A stretch of DNA of 49,247 nucleotides from Candidatus Asbonarchaeum danakilense (GCA_034190465.1 JAXINV010000018.1:1-49247), one strand, 5' to 3'. Counted from the stretch's first letter, positions 30,044 through 40,438 are shown. Notes: generated by a model not told the origin, from the sequence alone. Numbers and translations: made by a program.

Positions 30044-30808
30044 ATGTCGGATGACCGGCTGGGGGACATCGATCCAGGGATCAGGAACTGGGTAATCCGC
30101 AAGTACGAAGCAGGGATGAGCCGCGAGGAGATCAAGGGCAAGCTGAGCGAGGACATAGACGATCTGACGCTTGTGGATACGATCATCGACAGCGGTGAAG
30201 CCCGGCGACGTGGCGGAGCAAACGGTGCCCTGTTTGAGGATGATCTCGGGACGGTCTACCGCCGGTCTGTCCGGTCGGTGCTGGGCGTTGAGGAACGGTT
30301 CTTCCGCAACCTGTCGGAGCAGTCGGCGGTGCAGGCGACGGAGATCATGGTTGTGAACGTTGCGGTGCTGCTGGCGATTGGTGCACTGCTGCCTGCGTTG
30401 ATCGGCGCGGTGCTGCTGTCCGGCGGGCTGACACTGGGCGGGCTGGCGGTCGTCGGTGCGCTCGGTGCTGTGACGATGGTGTCGGTGGCGCTGTTCGCGG
30501 GCACGGCCCATGTGTTTGTGTTCCTGCTGGGAGGCCGCGGGCTGCGGACGACGTACAACCTGTGCGCGAACATGTCGGCGCTGTTCCTGCTGTCATGGAT
30601 CCCGTTCCTGAACCTTTTCGTCTGGCTGTACGGGCTGATGGTGCTGGTCCGGGGCCTGGAGGAGGCGCACGATCTGTCGTTCTTCCGGTCGCTGGCTGTT
30701 GCGTTCCTGGCGGTAATTGCCTGGCTGATAGTGATTGCGGTGCTGTGGCTGACGGTGGAGCCGTCCACGGCGGTCCAGACGGGCGGCGAGTTCCTGATGC
30801 CAGTGTAG
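30044..30808 (+). CDS. Yip1-family membrane protein
   Basis: AHVFVFLLGG, LLSWIPF and GLEEAHDLS motifs, about 5 TM helices. Start at the ATG at 30044. Confidence 0.82.
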   Translation: MSDDRLGDIDPGIRNWVIRKYEAGMSREEIKGKLSEDIDDLTLVDTIIDSGEARRRGGANGALFEDDLGTVYRRSVRSVLGVEERFFRNLSEQSAVQATEIMVVNVAVLLAIGALLPALIGAVLLSGGLTLGGLAVVGALGAVTMVSVALFAGTAHVFVFLLGGRGLRTTYNLCANMSALFLLSWIPFLNLFVWLYGLMVLVRGLEEAHDLSFFRSLAVAFLAVIAWLIVIAVLWLTVEPSTAVQTGGEFLMPV

Positions 30809-30898
30809 GTGAATGGTTTAAAAATCTCCCTGTCCAGCGAATACTACGCGGTCACGGGACCGACAGTCGCTCCTGACCTGTACGTTTATCCTACGCAT

Positions 30899-30981
<83 letters not shown>

Positions 30982-31200
30982 CTTTGCAGTGCTTTCGCGA
31001 GTGATTCGAACCTGATCACCGCCAGGTGAGATGTTCGAATCCTCGCCCTCGCATTTTCCTCCGGAAAATGCTCGGAACCGCCATCTGCCTGCGGCAGGAA
31101 GGCGGTGTCTCGCACTTTGGAACGGTCTTGTTTCCAGGAGGGTAATGAACGGCTTTCGCTCACGCTGTTCGATCAACCGATGTCTCGCGCTTTTTCGAGA
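30982..31200 (+). repeat. tRNA-Leu 3'-end repeat/anti-repeat hairpin array
   Basis: Exact 21-nt copy GTTCGAATCCTCGCCCTCGCA at 31033-31053, anti-copy at 30997-31012, decayed copies CTCGCACTTTG (31109-31119) and TCTCGCGCTTT (31183-31193). Confidence 0.85.
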
Positions 31201-31217
31201 AGAGTAGATAGACATTC

Positions 31218-31994
31218 TCAGTCCTGAAGCTTGTCGCTGATGTAGTCGTCCAGCGTCCGCTCTGTGTCGTACTGCTGCCAGTCGCCTGACAGGGTGACGT
31301 CCTCAGTCGGCTGGTCCCGGTCGTACTGCCGGCCGATGTCCGCCGCTGCTTCGAAGCTGTCGGCGACCTGGTTCAGGCTGTACGTGCCTTCCGCGACCTC
31401 GAGGTCGCCGTACGACGGCGCGTCCGTGATGGCGTCGACTGCGTCGTCCAGGTGGACGAACGAGCGCAGCTGTTCGCCGTCGCCGTAGATGTTCAGGTCG
31501 TCGCCGCTCTCGGCGCAGCTGAAGAAGTAGCTGATAGTGCCTTTGCCGTCGCCGTAGACCGTTCCCAGCCGGACGATGGAGGCATCCTCGTACCGGTCGG
31601 CCAGTTGTTCGCCGGCGGCCTTCGCCTCGGCGTAGTCGATCGCACCGTCGAATCCTGGCTCTGACTCGACCGCCGCTGCCGACGAGACGTAGACGAGGCC
31701 CGGCCGTTCGTCCGGCTCGACGTCCTGCAGATCCTCGACGAGCTGTCGCGTGCCTTCGACGTCGGGCGAGTCCACGGCGTCGGCCGGGTGGCCGTACGAG
31801 TTCAGGGTCGCGGCGTGGTAGACGGTGTCGAACGCTGACAGGTCCACGGGCAGCTGTTCCGTCGCGTCGGCCCGCAGCATCGCCGCCTCCTCCGTATCCG
31901 GCTGTGACCGGCCGATCCCGAGAGGATCGTCCAGCCGGTCCAGCAGTTCCTGCCCGATGTCGCCTGTGGCGCCGAGCACGAGGTCCCGCGTCAT
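31218..31994 (-). CDS. NAD-dependent epimerase/dehydratase (extended SDR)
   Basis: GATGDIG, YVSSAA, YAEAK and GDGEQLRSFVHLDD motifs. Confidence 0.9.
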   Translation of the reverse strand: MTRDLVLGATGDIGQELLDRLDDPLGIGRSQPDTEEAAMLRADATEQLPVDLSAFDTVYHAATLNSYGHPADAVDSPDVEGTRQLVEDLQDVEPDERPGLVYVSSAAAVESEPGFDGAIDYAEAKAAGEQLADRYEDASIVRLGTVYGDGKGTISYFFSCAESGDDLNIYGDGEQLRSFVHLDDAVDAITDAPSYGDLEVAEGTYSLNQVADSFEAAADIGRQYDRDQPTEDVTLSGDWQQYDTERTLDDYISDKLQD

Positions 31995-32078
31995 GCCGGT
32001 GTGTCGTCACGGGAACGTTATAAATCATCTGGTGCCGGTGGAGATAAAAGACGCGGCACCCTATGTGGCTCTGCGACG

Positions 32079-32861
32079 ATGGTACACGACGCGGCGATCA
32101 TCGACATGGACGGCACCCTGTACCGGGAGGGCACGGCCATCGACGGCGCGGCAGCTGCCGTCTCATGGCTCCGGGAGCAGGGTATCACACCGCTCTTCCT
32201 GACGAACAATGCCAGCCGGCACCGGCAGACCTACGTCGACCGGCTTGCTGACTGCGGCATCGACGCGGAGCGTGACGAGATCATCACGTCCGGCTACCTC
32301 ACCGCCCGCCATCTCGCGGACACGGTGCCGGGCAGCACGGTCTACGTTGTCGGTGAGGACGGGCTCAGGGACGAGATTCGGGAGCAGGATCTCTCACTCA
32401 CCGCTGTCCCTGACGAGGCAGACGTCTTCGTCTTGTCCTACACCCGTGAGGTGGACTACGAACTGCTCACCGAGATGCTCCGCGGGTTCGACGACGATAC
32501 GTTGATCGCCACCAACCCGGACCAGACCCTGCCGGGGGAGGACGGCCCGCTTCCTGGCACAGGAACCATCGTCGCTGCATGTGAGGCGATGTTGGGGGAG
32601 GAAGCGGAGGTCATCGGCAAGCCGTCGCTGACAGCCGCTGAGACCGCGACGTCTCTCGTTGACGCGGAGCCCGAGGGCTGCCTGATGATCGGGGACCGGT
32701 GCAACACGGACATCGTGATGGGTAAGAACGCAGGCATGACGACCGTCCTGGTGCTGACCGGTGTCACGGACCGGCAGGAAGCAACTGCGACCGCGGTGGA
32801 ACCCGACTTCGTGCTTGACTCGATAGCCGATCTGCGGGATGCGCTCGATCAGAACTCGTAG
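32079..32861 (+). CDS. HAD-IIA family hydrolase (NagD-like)
   Basis: DMDGT, LTNNA, TNPD, IGKPS, IGDRCNTDI and VLTGV motifs. Confidence 0.94.
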   Translation: MVHDAAIIDMDGTLYREGTAIDGAAAAVSWLREQGITPLFLTNNASRHRQTYVDRLADCGIDAERDEIITSGYLTARHLADTVPGSTVYVVGEDGLRDEIREQDLSLTAVPDEADVFVLSYTREVDYELLTEMLRGFDDDTLIATNPDQTLPGEDGPLPGTGTIVAACEAMLGEEAEVIGKPSLTAAETATSLVDAEPEGCLMIGDRCNTDIVMGKNAGMTTVLVLTGVTDRQEATATAVEPDFVLDSIADLRDALDQNS

Positions 32862-33613
32862 CTCCGCATCTCGTCGTTGCCTTCGTAGACGTCGACCGTG
32901 ACTGTCTCGCCGAGGTCGATGGTGGCGTTGGTGCCGGTGACGGGCTTGGAGGGGAGTTCCCTGCTGAAGGCGTTGAACGTGACGTGCTGGATGTCGGCGT
33001 ACAGGGTCCTGTCGGGCTCGTGCAGGTGGCCGTTGAAGACGGCCCTGACGTTCTCGTGTCGGCTGATGACGCGGTTGATCTCTTTCTTGTTGCCGCAGAA
33101 CGCGCGTTCAGGGTAGTTGGTCCACCAGTAGTTGCCCTGGACGTCGTGGTAGTGGATCGGGTGGTGGATGAAGATAGTCGCCTCCTTGACGTCGTCAAGT
33201 GTCTCGTCGAGGAATTCGAGCTGTTCGTCGGTGATCTCGCCCCGGGAGCCGGACAGCCACGGGGATGAGGAGTCGAGGAAGATCAGCTGTTCGCTGTTGA
33301 CGGTCTCCCTGCCCCAGAGCTCGTTGCCGAACAGGTCGGGGAGCGTGTCCCGGTCGATGTGCATCACGTCGTGGTTCCCGGCGAGGAACTGGACCGGGCA
33401 GTCGAGCTCGTCGAGGATGGCGCGGACGTCCTCCAGGTTGGAGCGGTCTTCGTGTTCGTTGTCGCCGTGCTGGATGATGTCGCCGGGCGCGACCACGATG
33501 TCGGGGTCGTCTTGGTCGAGGCGTTCGACTGCCGTGCGGAGTGCGTCGGCAATCTGGTCGTGGTGGCTGGTCCGCATGTGGATGTCGGGGAGGACGCCGA
33601 TCCGTGCTGCCAT
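32849..33613 (-). CDS. calcineurin-like metallophosphoesterase
   Basis: DIH, GD, GNHD, HHP and GHLH motifs. Confidence 0.93.
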   Translation of the reverse strand: MAARIGVLPDIHMRTSHHDQIADALRTAVERLDQDDPDIVVAPGDIIQHGDNEHEDRSNLEDVRAILDELDCPVQFLAGNHDVMHIDRDTLPDLFGNELWGRETVNSEQLIFLDSSSPWLSGSRGEITDEQLEFLDETLDDVKEATIFIHHPIHYHDVQGNYWWTNYPERAFCGNKKEINRVISRHENVRAVFNGHLHEPDRTLYADIQHVTFNAFSRELPSKPVTGTNATIDLGETVTVDVYEGNDEMRSYEF

Positions 33614-33706
33614 ACCTGTCTATGAGCGCCGCGGCTTAATAATCGCTCTGGGGACAGAGGGTTGCGGTGTTATGCCAAAGGTACAAATACCGTCTCCGTT
33701 CACCGC

Positions 33707-34450
33707 ATGCATATGGGTGACGCCCGGCCGGAGGAACTGGTGGACCTGGATGACTGGGAGGAGTTCTCCCGGCGGCTATTCGCGTCTGCGAAGCTGTTGG
33801 TGGAGGAGGCCTACGAAGAGGGAGGATACCATGAAGAAGCGGTCGACGCACTGGAGACGTTCGGCCGACCGGTGGTCCAGCACCTCCACGGCGACCGTGA
33901 CGAACCGGTGCTCGATGAAGAAGGGCTGGAGGACTGGGTGGCCAGGTACGCGGACGACATCGAACGGATCGACGAAGAGATCGGCGGGGCGGACGAGCTC
34001 GATGGGCTGTACCGCGACTACAAGGTACCGCCGGGCGATGAGCGGCTTGACACGTTCTACGACAGTCTGCAGGATCAGGTTGAACCGGACAGGTTCGACT
34101 ACGTGGTCGGTATCTACTCCAGCGGAATCCCGCCGATGTACGTGGCGGCTGACCACCTGGATGCGGACGAACTGATCGTGAAGTACTCCACGCTGCGGGA
34201 CGACGATGCGGTCGATGTCTCGCCCCGGATGGAGGAACGCGCGGAGCTGGACGATGCGGAGGTCCTGCTCGTGGATGATGCGGTCCTGACCGGCGAAACG
34301 CTGACCATGACCGGGGAGTATTTCAGGTCGCAGGGCGCGGAGGTCTATGCGGTGCCGCTGGAGCAGGAATGGCAGAAGACGGTGGATAACACGGTGCTGC
34401 GGATGGGTGAAGGAGACAATGTGGAGTGCTGGGAGCCGCTGGACGGGTGA
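33707..34450 (+). CDS. type I phosphoribosyltransferase-domain protein
   Basis: PRPP-binding loop VLLVDDAVLTGET and VVGIYSSGIP. Start at 33707 or 33713. Confidence 0.82.
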   Translation: MHMGDARPEELVDLDDWEEFSRRLFASAKLLVEEAYEEGGYHEEAVDALETFGRPVVQHLHGDRDEPVLDEEGLEDWVARYADDIERIDEEIGGADELDGLYRDYKVPPGDERLDTFYDSLQDQVEPDRFDYVVGIYSSGIPPMYVAADHLDADELIVKYSTLRDDDAVDVSPRMEERAELDDAEVLLVDDAVLTGETLTMTGEYFRSQGAEVYAVPLEQEWQKTVDNTVLRMGEGDNVECWEPLDG

Positions 34451-34489
34451 CCGCAACGGTTTTTATGTCGGTTCCGCCCATCCCCTACC

Positions 34490-34876
34490 ATGCAGGAACT
34501 GGTCGACCGGGCGGTAGCGCAGCGTTCCCGGCTTATGCGTTACGGACTCGCGGCCACTATGTTCCTCGCTGCGGCCGCGAAGTTCTTTGAACCGATCATA
34601 TGGGGGAGTTACACACCTCCATGGGTCGCTGCGATGCTCCCTGTCGGACTGGTGACATGGATGCACGTGGTGAGCGTCGGAGAGGTAGCTCTTGCTCTCG
34701 GCATCCTGACCCGGCGCTGGGGCCATATCGCCGCGTTCCTGACGGGGCTGTGGCTCTTCTCGATCACGGCTGTAACGGCTGCGGGCGGTTCCTACGACAT
34801 AGCCGTCCGTGATTTTGGTTTGACGCTGTACGCGTTCAGCGTGGCACTCGTGCTGTACGAGGGACGCACGGGGTAA
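34490..34876 (+). CDS. DoxX-family membrane protein
   Basis: RYGLA..FL, GEVAL and DIAVRDFGL motifs, 4 TM helices. Confidence 0.8.
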   Translation: MQELVDRAVAQRSRLMRYGLAATMFLAAAAKFFEPIIWGSYTPPWVAAMLPVGLVTWMHVVSVGEVALALGILTRRWGHIAAFLTGLWLFSITAVTAAGGSYDIAVRDFGLTLYAFSVALVLYEGRTG

Positions 34877-34941
34877 GGAGAAGGGGGTTGTGCTCCTGTC
34901 GGCACGGGGTCCTAATGCTGGTGTCCACGTTCAGAAGAACT

Positions 34942-36252
34942 CTACATGCCAATCTGGTCCGCTATCTCCTGCTTGATGGCGTTCTGACAGGCGTCGAGAT
35001 ACGGTTGAGGGTCCTTGACGACGTCGAGTGGTTCGGTTCCGGCCTCCAGGTATTCCTCTGCCAGTTGGCCGCCGACGTTGTGCGGGAAGTCGACGTAGCT
35101 GTCGTGGTCGGTCGATGAGCCGTTCCGCTTGTAGCCGTACTCTTCGTCGCTGATCGCGTCGTAGATGTGGTCTACCGGGGCTTCCTGTTCCAGGGTCCGT
35201 CGCCACGCGGCGACATCGTTCTTCAACTGTTCCAGGTTCATGTCGAGGGCGTATTCCAGGATTTCGACACCCTCGGCCTCGATGATCTCTGTCCTGGCGT
35301 CGTCCAGGTCGGCCGCGGGTTCGTCCTCGTCCTCGACGTGGTCCTCGAGCCCGCTGTAGACGGGGTGGTTGTCAAGGTAGTCGTCGGTCGCGTCCGCGAT
35401 GGTCTGGTGTAATGGGTCGTCCGTAGTGTCCTCTCTGTTGTTCGCGTATTTGACGTAGTTCGCTGCCAGGCCGTTGTCACGTGCCTGGACGTCCTCCAGG
35501 AGGGTTGTCAGCCGCGCCAGGCTTTCTTTCTGTCCGGCGATGTCGTCGTAGGGGAGGTTGATGAGGAACATGTCCTGTTGCTGGTCGCTGCTGTCGAGGG
35601 CGTGACCGTTCAGTTCGTATGGTGCTGGTCCGATGGACGCTATCTCGTGTGCTTGTGTCTTGATATCATCTATTTCGTCGTTATCGTTGCTTGCAAGGCT
35701 GTGAAGCTTCTTATACTCTTTTTTCCGATGGTCGAGGTCGATGAGCTCGTCCAGTGTCTCCCAGGCGTCTGCGTATTTCTCTTTTGCCGGGTCCCAGGTG
35801 AAGTGCTGGCTGTACTCCCGTCCCTGCTCATCCATGAAGTGGAGGGCGTTGAGGTGGGCGAAGAACTCGCTGAACGTCTTGGAGGCCAGCAAGTCGTGGC
35901 TTTCCTCCCGCTGCTCCCGCCCGATGTGGTATTTCTCGATGTCGTGGCCGAGTTCGTGTGCCAGGGTTCCGGCGGGGGAGTGGAAGTCTGTCAGCGCGAT
36001 CTGGGGCCGTTTACCATCTCTTCCACGATACCGGTTACCGTCACCGTCGTCCTCGACGTTGATACCTGTGAAGGTGTACTGGATCTCGCTGTAGTGGTCA
36101 TCCATTGATCTGATGGTCTCCCGGATCTGTCCGAGTTCATCGCTGCTGATTGTACCGTCGTCCAGCCATTCTTCCGGCAGTTCGACGTCTATCGTCGAGA
36201 GACCGGTATCGGTGGGACGTTCACCGAGCCAGAACGCGATATCGCGTGGCAT
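34942..36252 (-). CDS. acidic hypothetical protein with zincin-like HEXXH...E motif
   Basis: TLAHELGH followed about 25 aa later by SEFFA, with no signal peptide. Confidence 0.7.
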   Translation of the reverse strand: MPRDIAFWLGERPTDTGLSTIDVELPEEWLDDGTISSDELGQIRETIRSMDDHYSEIQYTFTGINVEDDGDGNRYRGRDGKRPQIALTDFHSPAGTLAHELGHDIEKYHIGREQREESHDLLASKTFSEFFAHLNALHFMDEQGREYSQHFTWDPAKEKYADAWETLDELIDLDHRKKEYKKLHSLASNDNDEIDDIKTQAHEIASIGPAPYELNGHALDSSDQQQDMFLINLPYDDIAGQKESLARLTTLLEDVQARDNGLAANYVKYANNREDTTDDPLHQTIADATDDYLDNHPVYSGLEDHVEDEDEPAADLDDARTEIIEAEGVEILEYALDMNLEQLKNDVAAWRRTLEQEAPVDHIYDAISDEEYGYKRNGSSTDHDSYVDFPHNVGGQLAEEYLEAGTEPLDVVKDPQPYLDACQNAIKQEIADQIGM

Positions 36253-36323
36253 CGGTACGCTTTTCCTGCGGACATATAAAAATTATAAAGCTGGATCCGG
36301 TCTGAGATGAACGCTTATTTACT

Positions 36324-37658
36324 TCATCCTGTCCGTGCGGTGGTGACGAAGACGCTGGGCTTCTGCAGGATGAATTCTTCGATGAAAGCGGTGAGGTAGA
36401 CGGTGCTCTGCAGCATGAGGTAGAACCAGAGCGTGATCGGTGCGAGGTACTCCTGCCAGTGATGGGTCTCCCCGTCCCGAAAGTCTTGGAGGAAGATTGC
36501 GGCGGCAAGGATGGCTGGACTGACGCCGACGAGCGTCCAAAGCCCTGATCCGAACGGGAGAAGGGTGCTGGCCCCGTGCCCCATCATGGCAAGGACGAAG
36601 AGAGGGATGAGGAGGACGAGGAACGTCGGGACGATGGCGTAGGTGAGGGTGTACGCGGCATCGGCCTTCTTGCGCCAGGTCATGTTGCTGTCGTTGAAGA
36701 GTCCGAAGAGGTACCTTTCTGTCACTTGCATCCAGCCACGGGCCCATCGTTTCCGCTGCGCCCACCATGAACGTAGTGTGGCCGGGTTCTCTTCGTAGGT
36801 GATGACGTACGGGTCGATCTGTATGTCTTTGCCGTGTTTGTGGATCTTGGTCGACATGTCGATGTCTTCGACGAGGATCTCTTCGTCCAGTTCGCCGATT
36901 TCGTCGATGACCTCTTTGCGGAAGAAGAACGCGCTGCCACCGTAGAAGGTGTACCCGTCGATGAGGTCTCGGGTGTAGATATCCAGCTTCTCCGCGATGT
37001 GCCGCTCGACGGTGGCGTTGAGTGCGAGGAGTGATTCGTCGGGGTTCCTGCCGTAGCACCGCCCCTTGACACACCAGATATCGTCGTCCTTCTCGAACCA
37101 CTTGACGGCACGTTTGATGGCATCGGGTTTGAACTGGTGGTCGGCGTCGATGCCGGTGAGGATGTCGTGGTCGGCGTGCTCAAGCGCGTCGTTGAATGCT
37201 GCCGCGCTGCCATTCGGCTCGTCGCTGGCGACGGCGGTGATGAAGTCGTTTTCTCTGGCGGCCTGTTCGCATATCTCCGCTGTTTTGTCGCTGGAACTTG
37301 TCTCATAAGAGATGATGACCTGTAGCTTGTCACGCGGGTAGTCCAGTTCTTGGAGGGACTCGATCGTGTCGGGGAGGACTTTGCCTTCGTTGTATGCGGG
37401 GATGATGATGCTGACGCCTGGCCATTCTCCGTTGTAGTCGGGGGGTTTTGTCTTCTGGAAGGAGAGTGGGATACCGATGAACGAACGTATGATGAGCGTG
37501 AGGATGGCGATGAGGAGCAGGGTGTTCAGGACGTTGAGATACAAGGGGCTGAACAGTGCAGGGAGGAATGCCAGAGAGAGGATCAGGACCGCAATCGACC
37601 CGTACTTGATTACTGTTCGGACGGAGAAGAACATGTCCTCCGCAGGTTTCGCCTCCAT
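36324..37658 (-). CDS. processive glycosyltransferase family 2 (cellulose synthase/PgaC-like)
   Basis: IPAYNE, DAD, ED and QRKRW (D,D,D,QxxRW), with N- and C-terminal TM helices. Confidence 0.93.
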   Translation of the reverse strand: MEAKPAEDMFFSVRTVIKYGSIAVLILSLAFLPALFSPLYLNVLNTLLLIAILTLIIRSFIGIPLSFQKTKPPDYNGEWPGVSIIIPAYNEGKVLPDTIESLQELDYPRDKLQVIISYETSSSDKTAEICEQAARENDFITAVASDEPNGSAAAFNDALEHADHDILTGIDADHQFKPDAIKRAVKWFEKDDDIWCVKGRCYGRNPDESLLALNATVERHIAEKLDIYTRDLIDGYTFYGGSAFFFRKEVIDEIGELDEEILVEDIDMSTKIHKHGKDIQIDPYVITYEENPATLRSWWAQRKRWARGWMQVTERYLFGLFNDSNMTWRKKADAAYTLTYAIVPTFLVLLIPLFVLAMMGHGASTLLPFGSGLWTLVGVSPAILAAAIFLQDFRDGETHHWQEYLAPITLWFYLMLQSTVYLTAFIEEFILQKPSVFVTTARTG

Positions 37659-37754
37659 GGGACGAGAGTTTATGTGGTAACGTTTTTATTGGTTAGTCGG
37701 GCCGATGCCTGGGACCGGAAAAAGGGGAGGCGGCCGCGGTGGCCGCCACGCCAC

Positions 37755-38813
37755 CTATGGCAGGAAAGAGGTGATGGCGTCGATGATGCCGCGTGCCGGG
37801 GAGTCGCTCGGCGGGCCACGTTCCTGCCGTCCGGTGTTGGACTGTTGCCCGGCGGTCGGCCGGCTCGTCCGGTTATCCGGCGCGGTGTCCTGTGTCTCGT
37901 TCTCCTGGTACAGGTCACGGGGTCTAGGGACCTGTGACCGGATCGTGTCCGTCATGTTCGGATGAAGCTGCGTCAGCAGGCTGGTCAGTGCGTGTACCTT
38001 CTTCTGCAGCAACCGTACCTGCTGCTCGAGCTGTTCAACCCGCTGCCTGAGGCCCTGTTCGGGAGGTTTGACCGGGGGCAGGCCGGGATGAGGCGTGACA
38101 CGGTCTCTCGGGAAGCTGTTCCGGTACGCCTGCTTGCCGTCGATCATGACGGTGACGACCGCCTCCTCGATTGTGTCGTCAGCGGAGACGGTGCGCTGCA
38201 GCGTTGTGACATCGATGACATCGGCTGCCGGTCTTGCGGGAGGGGTGATACGGACTGTGAAATGTGCTGTACCGTTGTCAACGGACTTCGAGACGTTGAC
38301 CCTGTATCCCGTGTCTCTGAACTGGATGGTCGCATGCAGCTTCGCCTGGTAGCTTTGCGTGGCGTTGACCGGGTCAGGTCCCGCTACTCCGGCTGCGGTC
38401 CAGCCCTGCTCCTGCAGTGCGCTGATGACGCACCCGTTCGGTGCCTGGTAGACGAAGCCGCTGTCGTGCGGGCAGCGGAGCTTCATCGTCTGCATGGTGC
38501 ACGCCTTGCCGGCTGCTGTCTGCTGTGCGGTGTCGATCTCCTTCCGGCACGTGGCGGCGTTGCCGCTGGTGTCGGCTGGAGCCCGTGCTGTGGATGATGC
38601 GGTGCTTATGGTGCCGAACGAGACGTCGATCTTCATATCGGCGATGTGCCGGTCAAGCAGGTCCGAGGTGTTCTGCTGTGACGTGGACCCGTGCCCCATG
38701 ATGGCCATGCTGCCGTTGCCAGGGTCGGGGCCCCCGACGACGGCGGCTGCTGTGTATGAGAGGGTTAGGAGGGCTGCTGTCACGACGCCGAGCTTGCGCA
38801 GTGTCTTGTGCAT
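37755..38813 (-). CDS. secreted hypothetical protein with Cys-rich module and coiled coil
   Basis: Signal peptide MHKTLRKLGVVTAALLTLSYTAAA, CTMQ..CP....NGC....GW module, heptad LRQRVEQLEQQVRLL. Confidence 0.7.
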   Translation of the reverse strand: MHKTLRKLGVVTAALLTLSYTAAAVVGGPDPGNGSMAIMGHGSTSQQNTSDLLDRHIADMKIDVSFGTISTASSTARAPADTSGNAATCRKEIDTAQQTAAGKACTMQTMKLRCPHDSGFVYQAPNGCVISALQEQGWTAAGVAGPDPVNATQSYQAKLHATIQFRDTGYRVNVSKSVDNGTAHFTVRITPPARPAADVIDVTTLQRTVSADDTIEEAVVTVMIDGKQAYRNSFPRDRVTPHPGLPPVKPPEQGLRQRVEQLEQQVRLLQKKVHALTSLLTQLHPNMTDTIRSQVPRPRDLYQENETQDTAPDNRTSRPTAGQQSNTGRQERGPPSDSPARGIIDAITSFLP

Positions 38814-38930
38814 GGGTATCGGAAGAACAATGGACGCTGGCGTTGATAAAGACCGTGGCTGCTGTTCGGGACGGGGCGAACGATCACAGGGGATCCGATC
38901 GTCGACGGTTGGATGCGTGAGTGAACGACG

Positions 38931-39329
38931 CTACTCCTCTGGCCTGAATTCGAGTGCTGCGGAGTTCACGCAGTATCGTTCGCCGGTTGGATCCGGCCCG
39001 TCGTTGAACAGGTGGCCGAGGTGGCCGCCGCAGTTGCTGCAGACGACCTCTGTCCGGTCCATGCCCTTGGAAAGGTCCTGCTCCAGGTCGACCCGGTCGC
39101 TGTCTATGATGTCGTAGAAGCTGGGCCAGCCGGATCCGGAGTCGAACTTGGTGTCGCTGTCGAACAGTTCTTGGCCGCAGCCGGCGCAGACGAAGGTGCC
39201 GTCCCGGTCCTCATCCAGCAGGTCGCCGCTGAACGCTGGCTCGGTCCCGCTCTCCCGCAGGATCTGGTACTGTTCGTCGGTCAGCTCATCTTTCCACTCG
39301 TCCTTGTTCGCAGAACTCTTGTCGCTCAT
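38931..39329 (-). CDS. msrB: peptide-methionine (R)-S-oxide reductase
   Basis: [29 protein letters not shown] and RYCVNS motifs. Confidence 0.97.
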   Translation of the reverse strand: MSDKSSANKDEWKDELTDEQYQILRESGTEPAFSGDLLDEDRDGTFVCAGCGQELFDSDTKFDSGSGWPSFYDIIDSDRVDLEQDLSKGMDRTEVVCSNCGGHLGHLFNDGPDPTGERYCVNSAALEFRPEE

Positions 39330-40438
39330 CCTTCGCCGGCCTCCTCGTCGGGTTCATCGTTCGTGCCGCTGACCGCCTGTGCGACTTTGCCGACGAGGTT
39401 CCAGTCCTGGTCCTCTGGCTCTTCCTGTTCCTCTTCAAGCTGCCGCTGCTTCTCACGGTATGCTTCCTGGATGTCGTCGTCTGAGAACGTCTGCTGTTTC
39501 TCAGGGATCGACATACCGCCTGATGCGATGGAACCGAGCGCGAAACCGCCGAGACTCGACGCTGTCTGGAACGCCACACCTGTCATCGCTGTCTCAGGGT
39601 TGCCTGAGGTGATCATCGGCCAGGTGAAGTTGATGGTGGCAGTGCCTGTCGCTGCACCGGTGAACATGCCGGCTAGCGAGCCGTCGCTTCCTCGCGGCCG
39701 GTAACCCTCCTTGCCGAAGTCCTCGACGTCGTATTCATCGCTCTCCACGATGGCGAGCTGTTCTGGTTTGGTCATGTTGAACCAGCTCTCGTCCTCGTAC
39801 TGTGACGGGTCCATCTCCATGTCGTCGAGCCGGTACTCGTCGCTGGCGGCCATGGTGCGGCGTTCCTTGAGGCTGAGCCGGCCGCTGTACCAGAGCTGTT
39901 CGCGTTCCTCCGGGTCTTTCTGGTTCCATTCGTCCGGGCTGACCATCCAGTCCTCGTAGGTTTCGTCCAACCCGTCGTCATCGCTGAACGAGCTGCTGGC
40001 GTATTCGTTCTTGATCTTGCGCTTCTGCTCGCCGTTCATCTGCTGCCATCTCTCCTGGCGTTCCTCGGGGTCGAGCTCGTCCCAGCTCTCGTATGACTGC
40101 TGGAAACGGTCCTCGTCCAGGCCCTCGTTGTCGGCGTCGTACTCCCGCAGGTTGGAGCCGCCCTGCAGTGTGCCGTATTCCTTGCTTATCTCTTTCTGCT
40201 GCCGGTGGCTGAGACTGTCGTAGACGCGCTGGCGCTGTTCGGGGTCAAGGTCGTCCCACCGTTCCTTGAGATGGTCGAACGTCTCTTCATCCGGCCGTTC
40301 AAACCGGCCTTCGTTGTCCTCTGCCTGTGCGACGTAGGCCCGGTCGTAGTCCTTGTCCTCGAGGTTCCCGCCTTGCTCCAGCAGGAACCGTCCGTCGTCG
40401 CCGTCATCCTGCTCGTCTTGCTGGTAGTCGTCGCCCAT
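39326..40438 (-). CDS. highly acidic protein with W-x-x-L-x-P-E-x-R helical repeats and C-terminal hydrophobic hairpin
   Basis: [30 protein letters not shown] and [10 protein letters not shown] repeats. ATG at 40438 with GGTGG SD. Confidence 0.75.
   Translation of the reverse strand: MGDDYQQDEQDDGDDGRFLLEQGGNLEDKDYDRAYVAQAEDNEGRFERPDEETFDHLKERWDDLDPEQRQRVYDSLSHRQQKEISKEYGTLQGGSNLREYDADNEGLDEDRFQQSYESWDELDPEERQERWQQMNGEQKRKIKNEYASSSFSDDDGLDETYEDWMVSPDEWNQKDPEEREQLWYSGRLSLKERRTMAASDEYRLDDMEMDPSQYEDESWFNMTKPEQLAIVESDEYDVEDFGKEGYRPRGSDGSLAGMFTGAATGTATINFTWPMITSGNPETAMTGVAFQTASSLGGFALGSIASGGMSIPEKQQTFSDDDIQEAYREKQRQLEEEQEEPEDQDWNLVGKVAQAVSGTNDEPDEEAGEG

Noticed and set aside
29624-30511. Apparent long overlap of 394-aa and 289-aa ORFs
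   Set aside because: The real starts are 29998 (YbjQ, minus) and 30044 (Yip1, plus). The extensions are mutual antisense read-through across a 45-nt divergent promoter.
31136-31147. 12-nt identity AGGAGGGTAATG with the candidate ncRNA (42280-42291)
   Set aside because: 12-mer matches are expected by chance in 49 kb, and there is no flanking similarity.
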